From Deltaproteobacteria bacterium TL4 (GTDB lineage: Bacteria; SAR324; NAC60-12): a stretch of 48,186 nucleotides of DNA. The stretch spans positions 1 to 48,186 of the forward strand of contig JBBCAX010000140.1 in the NCBI GenBank assembly GCA_051382335.1. The letters run 5' to 3'. Below, one piece after another: positions 44,924 through 48,186 of this stretch. The notes under the pieces are model-generated. The model made no database searches. It was not told the origin of the DNA and saw only the letters and a list, made by a program, of their open reading frames with translations. Both the position numbers and the translations under genes were made by a program. Every line of letters begins with the position of its first letter. Within the stretch, counting starts at the first letter, position 1.

Positions 44924-47900
44924 TTAGTATTGTTTGAGTGCGTTGCATACTTGAGCATAACTCTTTTCCAAAAGAGTCAGCAAGTCGTCTATCTCGGAGA
45001 GATCTTCGGTTTCTCCTTTTTTCTGTAACACGCCACAGAGCGTTGCCAGTTGGTTAGCTCCTATGGCCAGGCTGCTCCCTTTAAAAGAGTGAGCTTCTTG
45101 TCCCATGTGATGCGGATCTTTGTTTTTTGCGTAGTGTTTGATCTGTTCCATAGAGACGGGAGTCAGTTCTAAAAATATTTGAATCAGTTGACTCCTTAGA
45201 GCGGGTTTCATCTTTGAAATCATCTTGTCATCAAGGACCTCGTTCTCTTGAGTTTCCTCTTGTCCAGAGGCAGGTACCGCTATTTGCTTTCCCCATCTTT
45301 CTAAAACCGAGAGCAGTTCTTTTTCTTCAATGGGTTTGCTGATGTAATCATCCATGCCTGCCTGGATACACCGTTCTCGATCTCCCTGTATGGCGTTAGC
45401 GGTAACCGCGATGATTCTGGGGCGTTTCTCGGGAGGGTAATGTTTTACAATTTGTCGCGTGGCCTGGAGTCCATCCATTTCCGGCATTTGAACGTCCATC
45501 AGAATCACGTCATAATCCTGTCGTTTCAGGTTTTCCAGAACTTCCAAGCCGTTTGAAGCGAGATCGGCCAGGTATCCCAATTCATGCAAAAGGGCAAGCA
45601 CCAGCGTTTGGTTAATCCGATTATCTTCGGCTACCAGAATTCTTAAAGGCATCTTTTCTCCTAATTTTGAATGCGGATCTGACTTTAACTCATCACTCAG
45701 TACCGCATGGGGTTTCCCTGAGAGTAACTCAACCAAGGTACTAAACAGCAAAGATTCTCGAATGGGTTTGGAAATATGAGCATTGAACGGGTCACTCCAT
45801 GGTTCGGTTCCTTCTTCAGGGGTAAGTGAAGAAAACAAGATCATCGGCAATGTGTCTTTGGCGCGTCGTTTGCGGATTTCGGTACCTAGTTGAAGGCCGT
45901 TCATGTCTGGCATTTGAAAATCCAGAATGGCGACGTCAAAGGCAGAACCGGATTCGATCCAGTCCAAGGCTTGCCGGGGAGAGGTTGTGGCTCGAGTGAC
46001 CATTTTCCAGTGTTCACAGTGCAGCGTCAGTACACGGAGGTTTGTTTGGTTGTCGTCCACCACCAGGACCTGTTTATTTTGGAGTTCAGGCAGGTGCTCA
46101 TCCATAAAAATTTTGGGTTCTACCAACGTTTCTTGGGTTTGAATGGTAAAATAGAAGGTGGACCCCTGTCCTTCCTGGCTTTCCACCCACATTTCCCCTC
46201 CCATCAACTGCGTCAATCTGGCGGAAATGGCTAAGCCCAGGCCTGTCCCTCCATATTTGCGTGTCGTTGAAACGTCAACTTGGGAAAACGCGTTGAAAAG
46301 TCGATGTTTTTTGTCAGCGGGAATTCCAATGCCTGTATCCCGAACAGAAAATTGAAGTTTCACAGAGTCCTCTGTTTGGGAAAGTTTTTTGAGAGAAACC
46401 ATAATTTCACCTGCTTCGGTAAATTTGACGGCATTGCTCAGCAGGTTCACCAATATTTGTCTCAAGCGGGTTACATCTCCCCGAATAAAGGGGGGAACCT
46501 TCGGTTCTAGCAGATAGATCAGTTCAAGGTCTTTTTCTGCGGCTTTCGAGGCGATCAGTGCCAAGGCGTCTTCGATACAGAGTTTAAGATCGAAGGCTTG
46601 TTCTTCCAGATCCATTCTTCCCGCTTCAATTTTGGAAAAATCGAGGATGTCATTGATCAGACTGAGAAGATGCATTCCACTGAGGCGAACAGTTTCCGCG
46701 TATTCCTGTTGCTTGGCATTGAGCTCTGTCTTTAAAAGAAGTCCGGTCATACCGATCACTCCGTTCATCGGAGTCCGGATTTCGTGACTCATGCTGGCAA
46801 GAAATGCCGATTTTGCCCGATTGGAGGCTTCCGCTTGTTCCTTGGCCTGAATCAATTCCGCTTCCATTTGTTTACGATCCGCAATATCTTCTTTAATCGC
46901 CAGAAAATGAGTCATTTCGCCTGCCTCATTTTTGATTGGGGAAATTGAAGCGTATTCCCAATATAATTCTCCGTCCTTTTTCTTGTTATGCAATTCTCCT
47001 CGCCATTCTTTACCGGCGAGCAGGTCTGTCCACAAGGCTTTGTAGGTTTCTGATGAAACTTTTCCGGACTTTAAAATACGGGGATTTTTTCCGAGGGCTT
47101 CCTCAAGGGAGTACCCTGTGAGTTGTGAAAATTTGGGGTTAACATATTCAATCTTGCCTTGAAGATCCGTAATGACAATGGAGCTGGGACTCTGTTCCAC
47201 CGCAGTGGACAGTTTGCGGATTTTTTCATTGGAGAGTTGACGTCCTTCGATGACTTCCAGTCCACGGAAGATGCCATAACCGATACCAAGCAGTCCCAGG
47301 ATCCATACCAAGCCATGTCCCAGGATGAGGCTGATCATGCGTTTCCATTCAATAATTTCAAGAGGTTCCATAGGAACCGAGATACTGATTCCTCCGCGAA
47401 CATCCCCCTCCTGATAGCCCTGGTTTTCATGGCATTTCAAACAACCTTTTTCAGTCACTAGCGGTCGCATCAGCCGCATGTAAAGACGGCCCTTGACGGA
47501 TACGATGGAGCTCACCTCTGTTTTTCCCTTTTCAAAGGAGCGTAAGGCCTCTGTTTCCCAAGCGTCTGCCTTATTCTCCGGACGAATGGGGTTGATACTG
47601 GTGATGTGTCCCTGCACTCCGGTTTCTTTGGCTCCCAGTTCATATACTTGGCGGTTCATATAGGCGGGGGTGATCAGAGGCAACCGTTTTCCGGAAAGCG
47701 TCTGGACATCGCGTTCAGAAATTTCCAGATGGGGATTGGGCGATGTCATGGCGCTCACTGCGACGTAGACACCGCCGTTCATGCTGTTCCATCGGCGGTA
47801 AAGCACATCCTTCTGAAAGGAGGCTCTGGCTTGAATTCGCGCCATGTCGTCTGTTCCCTGGTGGAGCAGGAAGAGATTCCAGGACAAGGAACCTCCAATA

Positions 47901-48019
47901 ACCACTGTCCAAAGTAAAACGAAAATGCCGGTGTACCGTTTCAGTGATGATTTTTCTTTTTCCGCAAGGCATTCCATTGTTGTCTCTTTTTTATTTTGAA
48001 AACTTTGAGTGTCTGGCAT
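44924..48019 (-). CDS. Hybrid sensor kinase: TM, DUF3365/Tll0287-like haem-c domain, TM, PAS, HisKA, HATPase, 2x REC, Hpt
   Basis: CLKCH in the extracytoplasmic domain; PAS (YVNPKF, GKNPRIL); SHEIRTPMN; GGTGLGLAI; two receivers; AHSFKGSS. Confidence 0.93.
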   Translation of the reverse strand: MPDTQSFQNKKETTMECLAEKEKSSLKRYTGIFVLLWTVVIGGSLSWNLFLLHQGTDDMARIQARASFQKDVLYRRWNSMNGGVYVAVSAMTSPNPHLEISERDVQTLSGKRLPLITPAYMNRQVYELGAKETGVQGHITSINPIRPENKADAWETEALRSFEKGKTEVSSIVSVKGRLYMRLMRPLVTEKGCLKCHENQGYQEGDVRGGISISVPMEPLEIIEWKRMISLILGHGLVWILGLLGIGYGIFRGLEVIEGRQLSNEKIRKLSTAVEQSPSSIVITDLQGKIEYVNPKFSQLTGYSLEEALGKNPRILKSGKVSSETYKALWTDLLAGKEWRGELHNKKKDGELYWEYASISPIKNEAGEMTHFLAIKEDIADRKQMEAELIQAKEQAEASNRAKSAFLASMSHEIRTPMNGVIGMTGLLLKTELNAKQQEYAETVRLSGMHLLSLINDILDFSKIEAGRMDLEEQAFDLKLCIEDALALIASKAAEKDLELIYLLEPKVPPFIRGDVTRLRQILVNLLSNAVKFTEAGEIMVSLKKLSQTEDSVKLQFSVRDTGIGIPADKKHRLFNAFSQVDVSTTRKYGGTGLGLAISARLTQLMGGEMWVESQEGQGSTFYFTIQTQETLVEPKIFMDEHLPELQNKQVLVVDDNQTNLRVLTLHCEHWKMVTRATTSPRQALDWIESGSAFDVAILDFQMPDMNGLQLGTEIRKRRAKDTLPMILFSSLTPEEGTEPWSDPFNAHISKPIRESLLFSTLVELLSGKPHAVLSDELKSDPHSKLGEKMPLRILVAEDNRINQTLVLALLHELGYLADLASNGLEVLENLKRQDYDVILMDVQMPEMDGLQATRQIVKHYPPEKRPRIIAVTANAIQGDRERCIQAGMDDYISKPIEEKELLSVLERWGKQIAVPASGQEETQENEVLDDKMISKMKPALRSQLIQIFLELTPVSMEQIKHYAKNKDPHHMGQEAHSFKGSSLAIGANQLATLCGVLQKKGETEDLSEIDDLLTLLEKSYAQVCNALKQY

Positions 48020-48056
48020 AGGATGACGTGAAAAAAACAGGAACTTTCATTCTTTT

Positions 48057-48186
48057 CTAGTACATAGTCAGCTTTTATTTTTCGGGTTCGGTAGGCTGGG
48101 ATTACATGCCCAGCTTTTGCGAACGTTGTTTTTATCGGGCACGTAGTCCCGATCTACCACAAATTTAAAGGCTGACAGTGTACTAG
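48057..48186. mobile_element. Complete CTAG-bounded MITE-like element carrying an inverted GTAG-REP pair
   Basis: CTAGTACATAGTCAGC versus reverse complement CTAGTACACTGTCAGC (14/16); inner arms 48090-48114 and 48134-48158. Confidence 0.82.

Noticed and set aside
1..48186. Circular plasmid or phage suggested by identical ends
   Set aside because: No replication, integrase or virion genes; content is core chromosomal and the terminal repeat is part of a REP-containing element.

Overview
Chromosomal bacterial segment with a deltaproteobacteria-like gene set (possibly SAR324; this is inference from gene content). Gene blocks in order: CIRCE-controlled hrcA-grpE-dnaK-dnaJ; a ~10-gene surface-glycan/nucleotide-sugar cluster; an accessory region (SutA-like protein, aldo/keto reductase, an intact VapBC-type pair, PEGA protein plus DUF1566 lipoprotein, two tiny membrane ORFs, a destroyed Phd/PIN pair); slyD; etfB-etfA-FadF-like oxidoreductase; rimP-nusA-infB-rbfA-truB-rpsO-pnp; a NUDIX gene; and a cNMP/STAS/two-component signalling cluster ending in a haem-c hybrid kinase. 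No rRNA, tRNA, CRISPR, transposase or reverse transcriptase was recognised. Two things stand out. (1) At least six small non-coding elements share one layout: target duplication, terminal inverted repeat (TIR), an inverted REP-like pair, TIR, target duplication. Their TIRs, target duplications and REP classes are unrelated. One is nested inside another within an antitoxin gene, one rewrote a gene's C-terminus, and one forms the identical 98-bp ends of the window. (2) The DUF1566 lipoprotein ends in what looks like a diversity-generating retroelement (DGR) variable region, with no template repeat or RT in the window, i.e. a candidate remote DGR target.
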